DNA of 64,000 bases from Octopus vulgaris (taxonomy: Eukaryota), in contig OX597819.1 in assembly GCA_951406725.2 (NCBI GenBank), forward strand, positions 23,436,001 through 23,500,000, read 5' to 3'. The notes below the pieces were generated by a model. The model searched no databases. It saw nothing but the letters and a program-made list of their open reading frames with translations, and was not told where the DNA came from. The translations under genes and the position numbers were made by a program. Shown one piece after another: positions 38,730 to 52,178 of this stretch; within the stretch, counting starts at the first letter, position 1; each line of letters starts with the position of its first letter.

Positions 38730-39381
38730 TGACAGAAATGAAGGACTGTTTGCAGCGTTAATAATGAAACCCAACCGAATCGATTGAAATGATAATAATA
38801 ATCGCTAATAAATATATACACACACAGAGAAAATATGCTAGAGATTTAGCTCAGGCAATTATAATGTTTAACACTAGAATTATCTCGATGATGGGTGGTA
38901 AATCATAGCCGAAGGCTACAAGATTCATCTTTATTCTGAGGCAATTGAGACGGACTTTGAAAACATAAGTTCTTTGATTGTTCTATAAAAACGGCAAAAG
39001 TGTTTTCAAGTGATTTGTCTTCCATCATAAGGTGCTACAGATGTTACCGTTTTGTACAGAAAGTGTAAAATTTCTCTTTAAATTTTCTCATACTGTTCGC
39101 ACTTACGCATACGTTTGCTTTAATGGAACTCTCAAGTCCAGAAAAATCGATGCCTTATTGTAAAAACTTCTACTACGCCTTAAACTTCCGCCATGTAAGA
39201 TTTTTCAATAGGTTGCCATCTTAGTATACATGCCTGAACTTATTTTCTTATTATTTTAATATTTTTTTTACATCAACACACTTGATTCTATCTATAAATA
39301 TATAAGCATACACAACTATGCGTATGTCTATATATTTATATATATATATGTGTGTGTGTGTGTGTTTATATAGATAGATAG

Positions 39382-39462
<81 letters not shown>

Positions 39463-39740
39463 AGTACATAAATGCACAAACACAATTCTATATGTAGAAA
39501 TGTATGCACACTCATATATGTAAATATATATATGTAAATGCGTGTGTACATGTGATGTGTGTGTGTACACAGTTACATGCATACACTCATACATACATTT
39601 ATATAATTACATGTACAGGCATATATGCATACAATTGCATATATTTGTGTTTGCATCGGTTTTGATTGGATAGTATGTGTTCTAAATATATTCAAGATTC
39701 CATTAAAGCATACGGTAAGATATTTATATATAAACTTCCG

Positions 39741-39802
<62 letters not shown>

Positions 39803-40050
39803 ATACATACATGCTGAGACGTACATACAATACCACATACACACACATACATATGTTCATATACACACACACAGACGCGAATACTGATGCACTATAGATA
39901 ATCCATTTTATTCTTTGAATCGATAATAATTGCTAAAAATTTTTGAAAGTGTAACTACGTTCACACGTTTGGTTACACCCACTTTCGTTTATAACCAGCG
40001 TACGTGCCGTACATAGACTAACACATCGCGCATTGGATAGATATATAGAT

Positions 40051-40129
<79 letters not shown>

Positions 40130-40438
40130 GTCATGTGCGTGTAAAGAAATTGTAACAAAATTATTTTCGCACAGACACGTACATAATACATGTGTGTGTG
40201 TGTGTGTCTTAATTTGTTCTCTTGACAACCGGTGTTGGGTGTTTACGTCCCCGTAACATAGCGGTTACGCAAAAGAGACCGATAGAGTAAGTACCAGTTC
40301 GTCTGATTCTTTAAGGCGGTGCCCCAGCTGACCGCTCATAAGTGACTGCGTGTGTGCGCTTGCATGTGCGTGCGTACCCGTGTCAGTTGAACGAACAGCC
40401 GAAATTTTATCGCGGACAACGACGACGAATCTCCTATA

Positions 40439-40825
40439 TCTTTATATATAAAAGTGAAGTTGTGTGTCTGTCCCCTACGATTTAGATTCCTAACTACTCC
40501 CACATTTTGCGGTGCAGTTTAACCAAAACCGGGAATCTTATAGTCGTGATTCATATCGAGCCCTTCTGGGTATTAGCGCGCGTCTACAATGAATCTACGA
40601 TTTTTTAAAATATTTACCATCATTTTTTTTGCATTTTAATGCATTTTTTCGCTATTATATAGGGGAAGTAACTCTCTAAAAATGTCTACGATGAGTCAAC
40701 GATTTTTAAAAAAATTTACCATCATGTTTATTCCATTTTTAATAACTCTTGGCTATAACTCTCTAAAAAATGCTTATATAGTTATTTCCCTTACAAACCC
40801 GAGCAACGCCGGGCGATACTGTTAG
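40439..40825 (+). mobile_element. non-autonomous Helitron
   Basis: A|TC start, terminal hairpin, TTAG|T end (CTAG variant); paralog of 19576-19969. Confidence 0.85.
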
Positions 40826-40993
40826 TATATTAATATATTTTTAATGTGTATTAGTAATGGAAAATATGTGTTTTGTTGGAACAATAAATACGTATAAAGA
40901 ACTCTATTTCCTTTCAATAATAATTTATGTTTGTGGCTGATATCTCTTTTTAAAACGCTGAAGAGGGAATTGGTTGAAATCTGCGCGTGTGTG

Positions 40994-41026
<33 letters not shown>

Positions 41027-43179
41027 CAATATTACAGGTTGAACGAACGCAGTTTGTCTTTTCAGTTTAATTTCCTGTTTATTTAATTTAATCTGCTGAA
41101 AAATGAGGAATAATGTCTTTTTTTTATGTTTTAATCGTGTGGAATCGCTCATACTGGCGCTAGCATATTAAAGGAGAAGTTTTAGTCATGTGCAGCTAGG
41201 CATATCTCCTTTATGTATACTGGTAACTAATTCTAGTGAAATGATTTTGCAAGCCCAAGAGCATAAACAGTTATATATATTACTGCTATTATTACAGCAC
41301 ATATTGGTAAAGGGATATTCAATAGCTTAATGTATTTTTATCACCTTCTATTCTAAGAAAATTGCTATCAGTATAACTCACTTTAAAACGTGCTGTAAAA
41401 TACATATTTGAGTAGGAACTGTTATACTGTATGGTTTACTAGCTGATAAATATTGCGTTAAACAAAATTAAACAGCCGAATAAAATATCTTGAACATTTA
41501 AATTGAATGAGGAACAGTTCCCAGCTGTAAACTTTGAATAAAACAAGAAATAGAAGGCTTTAATACAATATGTTCTCAAAGAAACTTAGATGATGTACAT
41601 ATTTTAATGTGTAGCAGTATTATTCGCAATTGATATGTTCATGACAATTAAAGCCAATTAAAAAGGAAATAAAATAAGAATATAATTAAAATAAAATCAC
41701 AGAGAAAAGTAACGATTGCAAGTGTTTAAATAAATCTATAAAATAGCAAAAATACACCAAGAAGGAAGTTTACAAAATATGATTTCCTGTAATTTCTTAA
41801 ATCTCTAAAAATGGCAAACCGGAACTTTACCGCAAAGTAATTGTCAGTTCTATATAATCATCTAATAAACGATGGATTCTATGCTTTATAATTAATACAA
41901 TCCGCCAATATTTCTGGTCGATAGCCAAAAGGATCTCTACTAGGTTTACGCTAGCATTCTTTTCTCTCCAAGACTCAACCATGATGACTTTCAAGGGAGA
42001 ACATCCGCACTTACTGCTCTCTCTCTCTCTCTCGTTGCACACACACCCGCGCACACACATCATTGCACACACATTCCATTATTCTGTTGTATATTTGTGC
42101 TTATGATCATATCATGATCACTGCTGTTAACTTGTTTCCATTTGAAGATGTAATATTTTCTGCTTTCAGAACAAGGTTCTATGAAGGAGATAATGCCATA
42201 GAGTTTGGAGGCCTTCTTAGATTGGAGACGTCGCTGTAGTTGTTTCGTATGAATGTCTTCAGATTAAACACGGACTAGGAAGGAGATTCAGTTTTAGAGA
42301 CAAAAAGTGTTGACAAAGTGCTCAATGCTAGGTTTAAAGAGAAAAATTAAGGTTGGAGAGAAGAGTAAAGGGGAGGAAGTAAAGGAGAAGCATGTGTGAA
42401 GGAGAAGGAAATTGTGGAAGAGAAGAAGGTGGTGGAGGATTGAATATATAAGAGTAACTTGTGTTGTGGAAATATATAGTCAGTACAAGGTGTTGATGTG
42501 GCTGCATGTATGTTGTTACAATAGTTTATAAAGAGATAAAGAATATATTCAAGACCTATATATTTACTACATAAAAATATATTTTATTTACTGGTCGGTG
42601 ATGATACAAAGAATCAAAATGTAGAATCTAGTTGAATGAAGTAATCTATACAAGAAAGTTCAGTGATAGGAAATGTAGAAATAACAGCTAAGAGGTGGTT
42701 TTCAGTCATGTGACGTAGAGAAATAGACGGACATAACAATGATGTAAATGGTTCTAAGTCTAATCGACTAAGAAGCGAAAAGCTGGGTTAGCAAGCAGTT
42801 TTTATCAATGGAACGCTAGACATTCTAGAAACTTCCAAGAGAAACGTTAAGCTTCCTGAATTAAGAATCACGTTTCATGACACAGATGCTTCGAGAAACA
42901 TGGTAAAGGGAGGTTACTCTATAATCTTTCTTGCAAGGGAGATCATTCAACTATTTAGCTACGCAGACCACTACACTTATCAGCGAGTCTTAAAACGCTG
43001 TAGTCCGCAGCCATTTTTTACCTATGAACCCCTATGATTCTCATTTTACTTGTGTGGACCCATAAAGCTATTCAATGTTTTATAGTTAGATATTATTAGG
43101 AAATGCATTTAAAAAAAAACTGTCGAAATATTTTGCGCATCGTACAAGTATAACCAATTTATTGCAGACAGAATATTAA

Positions 43180-43397
43180 TAATCCTTTCTACTATAGGCA
43201 CAAGGCCTGAAATTTGGGGGGAGGGGCCTAGTCGTTTACATCGATCCCAGTGCGTAACTGGTACATATTTCGTCGACCCCGAAAGGATAAAAGGCAAAGT
43301 TGACCTCTGCGGAATTTGAACTCAGATCGTAAGGACGGACGAAATGCTGCTAAGCAGTTTGCCCGACGCGCTAACGATTCTGCCAGTTCGCCGCCTT
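43180..43397 (-). mobile_element. SINE family A (tail 2)
   Basis: Matches the family A consensus. Confidence 0.85.
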
Positions 43398-43413
43398 GAA
43401 GATCGAATTTTAA

Positions 43414-43793
43414 TAATCCATTCTGCCGGAAGCACAAGGCCTCAGATTTGGGGGAAGGGATTAAGTCGATTACATCGACCCCAGTGCGTAACTGGTACTT
43501 ACTTAATAAGGCGGCGAGCTGGCAGAAACGTTAGCACGCCGGGCGAAATGCTTAGCGGTATTTCGTCTGCGTTACGTTGTGAGTTCAAATTCCGCCGAGG
43601 TCGACTTTGCCTTTCATCCTTTCGGGGTCGATAAATTAAGTACCAGTTACGCACTGGGGTCGATGTAATCGACTTAATACCTATGTCTGTCCTTGTTTGT
43701 CCCCTCTGTGTTTAGCCCCTTGTGGGTAATAAAAAAATAGGTACTTACTTAACCGACCCCGAAAGGATGAAAGGCATAGTCGACCTCGGCGGA
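43414..43793 (-). mobile_element. truncated SINE family A hosting a nested copy
   Basis: Sequence resumes after the insertion at 43740. Confidence 0.8.
43507..43739 (+). mobile_element. SINE family A (tail 1), nested in antisense
   Basis: 13-bp TSD GGTACTTACTTAA at 43494-43506 and 43740-43752. Confidence 0.9.
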
Positions 43794-44962
43794 AGATAGA
43801 ATTTTGATAATGAAATTATGTACGGATCCCAATTGTGAACCATTGTCGGAGAGTGTTGGTAGTTCAGAGGGACAGGAAGGTTATAGAAACTATGATAGTG
43901 AAGGCTTAACGGGTAATTAGTAAGTCGCTGAAGTTCCTTGGCAAGTGAAGATTTATTGGTCGGTCAGACTGCCCTCGTTGTAAATGCGATCTAAAAACGT
44001 GTGCGTGTGTAAATTCAACGCCTTCCAGTCTAGTTTTATGCTATTTTTTCCCCATCCAACAGAGAGAGACTTCAATTTTCTTGTCGTTCAACTACTAATG
44101 TGATTTGATGCAGTCATATCCATTACAGAGAAAAATTTAGAACTGAAAATACAACGTACAGGATATACATGAACATAAAACACGCTGAAAATAATTTTAA
44201 AAATACATTGTATTAGAACTAAGATCAGACCAAGAAAACTAAACGAAAAAGGAAGAAAGAAGTAACGCGTATTTGTTTATTTTTGTTTTTTGTTTTTGTT
44301 TTTGTTTTTTTCTTATTGTTTTTTGTTTCTTTTTCTTTTTGTTGTTGCTTTTTTTTTTTTTCATGATATTGGAAAAATATTCGAAACATAAAATGGAAAT
44401 AAGGCGAAAAATTTATCTGTTGCACCATGACCTTTTCCGATGAGGAGTTTTTCGGGTGTGGTTGGTATACCTTTTTTTTTTTTTTTTTTTTTTTGTTTTT
44501 ACATCACATGAGCTAAATTACATGTATTGATTTATTTTTTTCGTTTTAAATTTCGTTTTTTTTTTTTTTTTTTAGCTTCAATTATTCAATAGTTTCGTCG
44601 GAATGAAGCGCAGAGTGAACATGAACCTCTGTGACAGTAAATAAGTCTATTTTTGTCCTAAATACCAAGATCAACGTTGCAATTCTTCACATTTATCAGA
44701 CTGTTCAATCTCAGTCTAGCTTCCATCACTAGAAACACTATTTTTATTCTCTTTAACGTGGTTAACTCATTTTTTTTTTCTTCTTTTAGGTTTTTATCTT
44801 TATTCGGATATTACTAGCCTGCGCTTATCAGACTGTCAGTGTGTGTGTGTGTTCGTTTATGTTAGTATCTGTAAATACACATTTATATTTGAATGTGTAT
44901 TTTTGTGAGTTTATGCCTGAATAACCCTCTCGTTCTTCTCTCTCTCCTCCTTTCTCCTCTCC

Positions 44963-44994
<32 letters not shown>

Positions 44995-45007
44995 TTTTCA
45001 CTCTATA

Positions 45008-45990
45008 CGAGATGATATCAAAAGGTTCCCGGACTGGTTATATTTAATAAAAGATAACTTATTTACCCAAATTTTAACATCATCTCTTTCGAAATAGTCA
45101 CCTTGCGCAGCACTGCACCGGTTCGGTTCCAGCGTCCCTGCCACTTTTGGAATCCAGGCCTGGGAGTCATTTACCGTAAGTGAGTCGAAGACCTTCTGCG
45201 ATTCTCTCTTGATCTCGACAGCGGTAACTCCATTTCATTTTGAGGAAGAGCTGGAAACCCACCAGGTGCTAAATCTGGCGAAAAGAGCGAGTATGGAAGC
45301 GACACCATGATGTTTTTGACGAAAAACTCACGAGTTTAGGCGCAGGAGTGGCTGTGTGGTAAGTAGCTTGCTAACCAACCACATGGTTCCGAGTTCAGTC
45401 CCACTGCGTGGCATCTTGGGCAAGTGTCTTCTGCTATTGCCCCGGGCCGACCAATGCCTTGTGAGTGGATTTGGTAGACGGAAACTGAAAGAAGCCTGTC
45501 GTATATATGTATATATATAAGTGTGTGTGTATATATGTTTGTGTGTCTGTGTTTGTCCCCCTAGCATTGCTTGACAACCGATGCTGGTGTGTTTACGTCC
45601 CCGTCACTTAGCGGTTCGGCAAAAAGAGACCGATAGAATAAGTACTGAGCTTACAAAAGAATAAGTCCCGGAGTCGATTTGCTCGACTAAAAGGCGGTGC
45701 TCCAGCATGGCCGCAGTCAAATGACTGAAACAAGTAAAAGAGTAAAGAGTGAGGAGAACTCAGTTACAGGGTCCATTGTCGTCGTGAAGAATCCAAATTT
45801 TTGCACTCCACGGATCCGGTCGCTCTCGTCGAATCTCCTCCTTCAAATGCTTCTAAACATCGTTGATTATCCTCCGACGATCTTCACGCACAAGCTGATG
45901 AATTTTATCCACAGTTCCGGTAGGTGGCGCTCGTGGCAGATCTTCTAGATCGCTCATCGTCTTCCAGGAACGTTCTTCCGCTTTTGAAGT
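45008..45990 (-). mobile_element. mariner relic interrupted by SINE B
   Basis: TA|CGAGATGATATCAAAAGGTTCCCGGAC end; FKSGRTFLEDDERS and QGDYFE motifs. Confidence 0.7.
45338..45750 (+). mobile_element. SINE family B, full length
   Basis: Matches the family B consensus. Confidence 0.9.
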
Positions 45991-45995
45991 TGTCT

Positions 45996-46081
45996 ACAGC
46001 GTTTCGGCTGACTCCAGCATTCATCAGATGTCTTGGGAAAATTTTGAACCTGGGTTCTCATTCCTAAGTTATTTTTCGATG

Positions 46082-46085
<4 letters not shown>
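45996..46085 (-). mobile_element. hammerhead-bearing PLE-type repeat
   Basis: Minus strand GACAT CTGATGA ATGCTG-GAGT-CAGCC GAAAC GCT; cleavage triplet mutated. Confidence 0.7.
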
Positions 46086-46151
<66 letters not shown>

Positions 46152-46153
46152 CA

Positions 46154-46209
<56 letters not shown>

Positions 46210-46210
<1 letters not shown>

Positions 46211-47272
46211 TATGTTTGACTTTTGCTTTACATTTGTACAAGTTGGCTCCAAGTCTCACCCAGAGACCTCAAGAAACAACAAGTTAGAAGTTCATGTTGG
46301 TGTTATACCTAGTGTGCCATATATTTGGTTTTGTACATAGTGTTGTTCTAGAGAATGTTTGAGAAACCATAAGAAAATTATGTGTTTGTTTTAAAATTTG
46401 AGATTACCTAGAAAGTATTTTGCGTAGGATATGGGCAGTTCCCATGAGCACTATCTTTTGAATTGGAGGCGCAATGGCCCAGTGGTTAGGGCAGCGGACT
46501 CGCAGTCATAGGATCGCGGTTTCGATTCCCAGACCGGGCGTTGTGAGTGTTTATTGAGCGAAAACACCTAAAAAAGCTCCACGAGGCTCCGGCAGGGGAT
46601 GGTGGTGATCCCTGCTGTACTCTTTCACCACAACTTTCTCTCACTCTTACTTCCTGTTTCTGTTGTACCTGTATTTTAAAGGGCCGGCCTTGTCACTCTC
46701 TGTGTCACGCTGAATATCCCCGAGAACTACGTTAAGGGTACACGTGTCTGTGGAGTGCTCAGCCACTTACACGTTAATTTCACGAGCAGGCTGTTCTTTT
46801 GAATTCCTGCCATTTTGAGGTTTCCTGGAATCAGCCCCTTTTGCTATCATTCCCAGGGCACCTATGACAACAGGTATTGTTTTAGTCTTCAGCTTCCACA
46901 TTTTGCTGATTTCTATTTCAAGATCTTTATATTTGCTCAGTTTTTGGTAGGTCTTGGCAGATACGTTTATATCGATTGGGACAGTCATATCAATTAGGAG
47001 ACATGACTTTTGTTTCAAGTCTTTCAATATGATGTCTGGCCTATTCGCATCTATCTTTCTGTCAGTTTGAATGGTGAAGTTCCAGAGGAGTGAGATGTGA
47101 ACTTTTTCAATCACTGGAAGTGGTTTGTGTTCCCACCAGTTTTTATCATATGGCAAGTCCAGGTTTTTGCAAATTACCCAGTGGATATATTGTGAAGCTC
47201 TATCATGACTGTTAAGGTACTCTATAGGCGCAAGAAGACTGCACACGGAGACAACATGATCAATGGTTTCAT
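46210..47272 (-). mobile_element. R4/Dong-clade LINE 3' end (CCHC tail, RLE, 3' UTR) abutting (TAA)n
   Basis: ETIDHVVSVC..HD, NRPDIIL..LIDMTVP, KYKDL, PVVIGALG and IQKIVLMGTAHILRKIL, stop at 46404-46406. (ATT)n at 46086-46209. Confidence 0.9.
46465..46795 (+). mobile_element. SINE family C inserted in the R4 ORF
   Basis: TSD CTTTTGAATT at 46455-46464 and 46796-46805. Confidence 0.9.
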
Positions 47273-47398
47273 ATTAAAGTATTTAACAGCGAATCCAATA
47301 CACAATCATAGATGTGCCCTGTATTAGTTATTAATTCGACCGCCCTAGTCGACGATGACCAAGAACATCACATGGGAGAAGAGAACGGGGCGCAATAT

Positions 47399-47630
47399 GG
47401 TGGCGAGCTGGCAGAAACGTTAGCACGCCGGGTGAAATGCGTAGCCGTATTTCGTCTGTCGTTACGTTCCGAGTTCAAATTCCGCCGAGGTCGACTTTGC
47501 CTTTCATTCTCTCGGGGTTGATAAATTAAGTACCAGTTACGCACAGGGGTCGATATAATCGGCTTAATCCGTTTGTCTGTCCTTGTTTGTCCCCTCTGTG
47601 TTTAGCCCCTTGTGGGTAGTAAAGAAATAA
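47399..47630 (+). mobile_element. SINE family A (tail 1)
   Basis: Matches the family A consensus. Confidence 0.88.
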
Positions 47631-47699
47631 ATATGCGCGGCTGTGGCCGATCAGCTCTGCTGTAGGTTGGGCACTGGTGTTCTACTGGGACCGAAGGCA

Positions 47700-48030
47700 A
47701 GGAGTTGGTTCCGAACGGCAAATAAGCAATTAAGCATCTGCAGATTGGAATGGCACCATGTGAAGCAGAGCGTCAGCGAGAATCTGGACAGCAAGTTGAG
47801 CCAACTCGATGTTGGTGCAAAAGGAGCAGAAGAGGATTGTGTGGTGTTCAGAGACGTAATGTACAACACTGCACTTACTCATATGGGCCAGAACACGCGT
47901 AAACACCAAGACTGGTTTGACGACAACGTTCAGGAAATTGAGAAGCTGCGCCGTAAAAAGCATGAAGCCTACATATTCTCTGAGCGAGACAGAAGCTCGG
48001 TTTCCCACAATGTGGCCTGTAATGCCTGCA
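47700..48030 (+). pseudogene. RTE/BovB-like LINE linker fragment
   Basis: FRDVMYNTA..RKHQDWFDDN..EIEKL..K. Confidence 0.75.
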
Positions 48031-48164
48031 TGTATATCTTACTCCATGGTTACAACACGTGTCCACTGTGCTAGAGAACAAACATGAACCGAGGGCTAAG
48101 CCGCCGCCAGAGAATACACTGCGATTGAAAAACGCTGTAAGCCAGCATTGAAATACAATAGAGT

Positions 48165-48490
48165 ACTGGCATTCCGTCGGCTGCGACGATGAATGTTCCA
48201 GTTGATCCGATCAACGGAACAGCCTGCTGGGGAAATTAACGTGCAAGTGGCTGAGTACTCCACAGACAAGCGTACCCTTAACGTTGTTCTCGGGGAACTT
48301 CAGGTGACACAGAATGTAACTAGGCTGACCCCTTTGAATTGCAGAAACTACTCATTTCTGCTGGCTGAGTGGACCGGAGCAACGTGAGATAAAGTGCTTT
48401 GCTCAAAGGCACAATGCACAGCCGGGTGTCGAACGCATGACTTGACGATCGTGACCCAAGAACCCTAACCACTGAGCCACGCGCCTTCAC
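48165..48490 (-). mobile_element. SINE: family D-type head and core with a family C tail
   Basis: GAAGGCGCGTGGCTCAGTGG head, CCTTTGAGCAAAGCACTT, then CCCCGAGAACAACGTTAAGGGTAC..CCGACGGAATGCC. Confidence 0.8.
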
Positions 48491-48634
48491 AGAATCACGT
48501 GCTTCCACAAAGCCACGTGTCTTTCTCCGCTTTAAACAAGATCAGTTCTATTGCCGAACAGTCGTAGGAGAATCAAAAGACACGTTTAACCTTTTAACAT
48601 TCAGATTACTCTGTGAACTGTGAGGTTTGTTTTC

Positions 48635-48849
48635 ACTCTTTTACTTGTTTCTGTCATGTGACTGCGGCCATGCTGGAGCACCGCCTTTAGTCGAACAAAT
48701 CGACTCCAGGACTTATTCTTTATAAGCCTGGTACTTATTCTATCGCTCTCTTTTGCCGAATCACTAAGTTACGGGGGTGTAAACACACCAGCATCAGTTG
48801 TCAAGCGATGGTGGGAAGACAAACACAGACACACAAACATATACATATA
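48635..48849 (-). mobile_element. SINE family B, 3' half
   Basis: Matches the family B tail. Confidence 0.85.
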
Positions 48850-48851
48850 TA

Positions 48852-49723
48852 CGTGGTATGATCAATAAGTATCCGGACTCTTGCCATAGTAACAAAGCTA
48901 AAGCACACAGAGTGAAGTCGCTTGGCATAGATTGACCTTAAAATCTGCTGTGTATGCTCACTAAGTTTTAACGGTCTAGCTCACTTCTATTGTTTACAGA
49001 TGTGCTTAGAAGGAACGTGTGTAGCGTGTGATCATCGCATTGAACCATGACAGAGAAAGTTGAGCAGAGAATCAGCACCAAATTTTGCCAAAAGCTTAGC
49101 GATATCTGCTCAGAAGCCTACGCAAATTTTTCAAAAGGTTTTCATCGTTTTCGACACAATCAAAGATCTTGTGCTACTGAAACCTGAGGGTCTTTTGGGT
49201 CAGCTGAAAGCAGTTTTAGCACAAACTTGGCAGACACACGTCTCATGCCCAAATCTTCAGTGATAATCGACGGAAATGAATCTGTGCATCTTCTGATAAC
49301 TCATGGATCGTAATTCGACGATTTCCCCTCACAGCTGCACGCATATCTGCGATGTTTTTCTCAGTTCTACTGGTTGCGGGTCTCCCAGAACTTTCATCAA
49401 TATCGACATTTTTTCGACCAAATTGGAAATGTCTGAACCACTCGTACACTTGTGTGCGGCTCATACACTCCTCTCCATACGCTTTCTGCAACTTTGTGTA
49501 GGTACCGCCATGACAACTTTCTCTATCATGGCCAATGCGACGATCACACCCTACACACCTACCTTCCAAGCATTGCTGTAAACAGCGAAAGTGAGCTAGA
49601 TCGTTAAAACTTAGTGCGTATGCACTGCAGAGTTCAAGGTCAATCTCTACCAAGCGGCTTTACTCTACGTTCTTTAGCTTCGTTACTATGGCAAAAGTCG
49701 GGATACTTATTAATGAGACCATG
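48852..49723. mobile_element. mariner derivative made of two inverted 5' ends
   Basis: TA flanks and long diverged inverted arms. Plus strand MTEKVEQRISTKFCQ; minus strand YGEECMSRTQVYEWF..SGRP. Confidence 0.8.
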
Positions 49724-51269
49724 TATTCCCTCCTAGCGTGCGGCATTTATGTGTAATAATGCCCTCTATATAATATAAATAAATATATTCAAGTGAAAAA
49801 ATTTACAGATTTTTTCTCTTATGAGGTTTTTCACGCTAACTACTTGATAATATCTTATGAAGATTTTATCCTATTTTTAAATTATAAATTTCACCGGAAT
49901 AATTCAATACTGAATTTTTATTCCGAATAAGCACGTTGTTACCGAAATGCAATTCGAAAAAGCCCGCCATTTATATAGATGTATATGGGGTGAACAGTTC
50001 TGTATGCTACGGTGGATACGATGGTTGTTCGTCTGGTATGTTGATTTTGTTCATTCATTATAAATCTTGAATCGCTGTACTGATGAGTAAGGGACGGAAT
50101 TTGAACTCAGAACGTAACGGCAGAAGAAATACGGAACGAGCAGGTTGTACCGCAGGTCGGATCAACTTGAACACTCATCGTCATAACAGACGGAGTACCA
50201 ATAAATATGAGGGCAAAGGAAGCTTTTTGATAAGCGAGAGTTATATTCCTGCTTTATTCCTCGTTGCAAAAGCAATTTAACAAAAACATATTAACTTTAA
50301 AACTTGTTTTTACCTTCTGACACGATGACTGTTCAGCAATGATCTTGAAATAACCCATAGCAACTATTTAATTTTGAACATCACCGCTCGATGGCCTGTG
50401 GATTCAACAACTTGAACGTGAATTGAATTTTGCAATAACAGTTATTGAAGGCTGAGCAGTGAATTAACTACTTAATCCAGGTCGTACCTGATGTGAATCA
50501 TGATTGAGTTAAAATATTTATTGGAAAGTTGATATACAAAATCAGAGTTCATCTGCCTTGTGATGTAGCGTTAAATTGTGATGTTGAAACTTAACATTGC
50601 ATTCAACTAATACATTTTATTTATTTATTTACTCCGTTCTTCTTGTTTAATTTATTCATTGAAATGAAACGTTAAAAGGAAAAGTAACAGAAATTACGTG
50701 ATCGTCGTTTAAATTGATCGTATTCAGTGAAGTTTTCTTCAAACTCCATTTTTTATCTCTCCTCATACATTTACCATTCTTTACACAGCTAATTCCGCTA
50801 TTGTTTTTCATTTTCTATCATATCTTTTAAGTTTTTTTCTTTTTCCTTCTTCAATCGACTAACGATATTTTGATGTTTGAAGCGCTTACTTCTACATGCA
50901 ACCGAGAGTGTTTTCTGAGTAGTCAATTAAAATATAACAGTTGCCTAATGACTAATAGCTTTGACTCTAATCAAAACAACGATGCAAACTGTATTTCTAC
51001 TGTATTGTTTTGTTTCTCGACCCACTTTCTCGACGTTGTCTTATCAATGATACCTGACCGCTATGGCTAAGATTGCAACAATCATTAACATGTCACACAC
51101 TTTCCATTATCAGTAATAACAAGAACACTATAACTACTACCATAGCAACAATGAGAATATACCCAGCGCCATTACTGACGCTGAGCTATTAGCATTGTAT
51201 AATGCAAAAAGTCAGAACCAAATCAAAAAAAGGTAATTTCAGTGATAATTACCACTTCAATCAACAACA

Positions 51270-51326
<57 letters not shown>

Positions 51327-51357
51327 GTCGCTTCTAAAGCTAAACTAGTAGTTTTGT

Positions 51358-51553
51358 ATTCTTTTATTCTGTTATTTGTTTCAGTCATTTGACTGCGGCC
51401 ATTTTGGAGTACCGCCTTTAGTCGAACAAATCCACCAACATCGGTTGTCAAACGATGGTGGAGGACAAACACATTCGCACACACACACGCACACACACAT
51501 ACATACATACACACACACACATACATACATACATACATACATACATACATACA

Positions 51554-51587
<34 letters not shown>

Positions 51588-51668
51588 CACACACACATAC
51601 ATACATACATACATACACACATACATACATACATACATACACACATACACACATACATACACACATAC

Positions 51669-51724
<56 letters not shown>

Positions 51725-51727
51725 ACA

Positions 51728-51759
<32 letters not shown>

Positions 51760-51926
51760 CACGACGGGCTTTCTTTCAGTTTCCGTCTACCAAATCTATT
51801 CAGAAGGCTTTGGTCAGCCCGAGGCTATAGTAGAAGACACTTGCCTAAGGTGCCACGCAGTGGGACTGAACCCGGAACCATGTGGTTGGTAAGTAAGCCA
51901 CTTACAACACGGCCAATCCTACGCCT
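51358..51926 (-). mobile_element. SINE family B with expanded (CA/CATA)n linker
   Basis: Head and tail match; linker at about 51481-51760. Confidence 0.85.
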
Positions 51927-52178
51927 ATATAACTAACTTTATCTAAACCTGCAAATTCCTGCTCTACTTTTCTTATTTATTACTCTGTTAGACTCCTTAG
52001 TAACTCTTTACACTAAACTTTCTTTCTGTTATACATCTACGGAACACTCTTTCTGTTATACATTCTATTGAATATCCTCACTTTCCGTGATTTTTATGCC
52101 TAAAACATCGACAGAAGACGATATTAGACGCCACTACCATTCTATCGTGTCAAATTAAGTATTATAATTATTCTCTAC

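Larger units (their letters stand above)
42998..43845. mobile_element. possible old hAT-type MITE interrupted by three SINEs
   Basis: Ends resemble CAGTGGTTCTCAAC / GTTGAGAACCACTG; no TSD seen. Confidence 0.35.

Noticed and set aside
44427-44860. Possible two-exon micro-ORF (MTFSDEEFFGC|GFYLYSD..) with a strong acceptor at 44789
   Set aside because: Weak donor, very short product and no recognisable homology; such signals are common by chance in T-rich DNA.
47643-48074. 143-aa ORF as a host gene
   Set aside because: The RKHQDWFD motif identifies it as an RTE LINE fragment.
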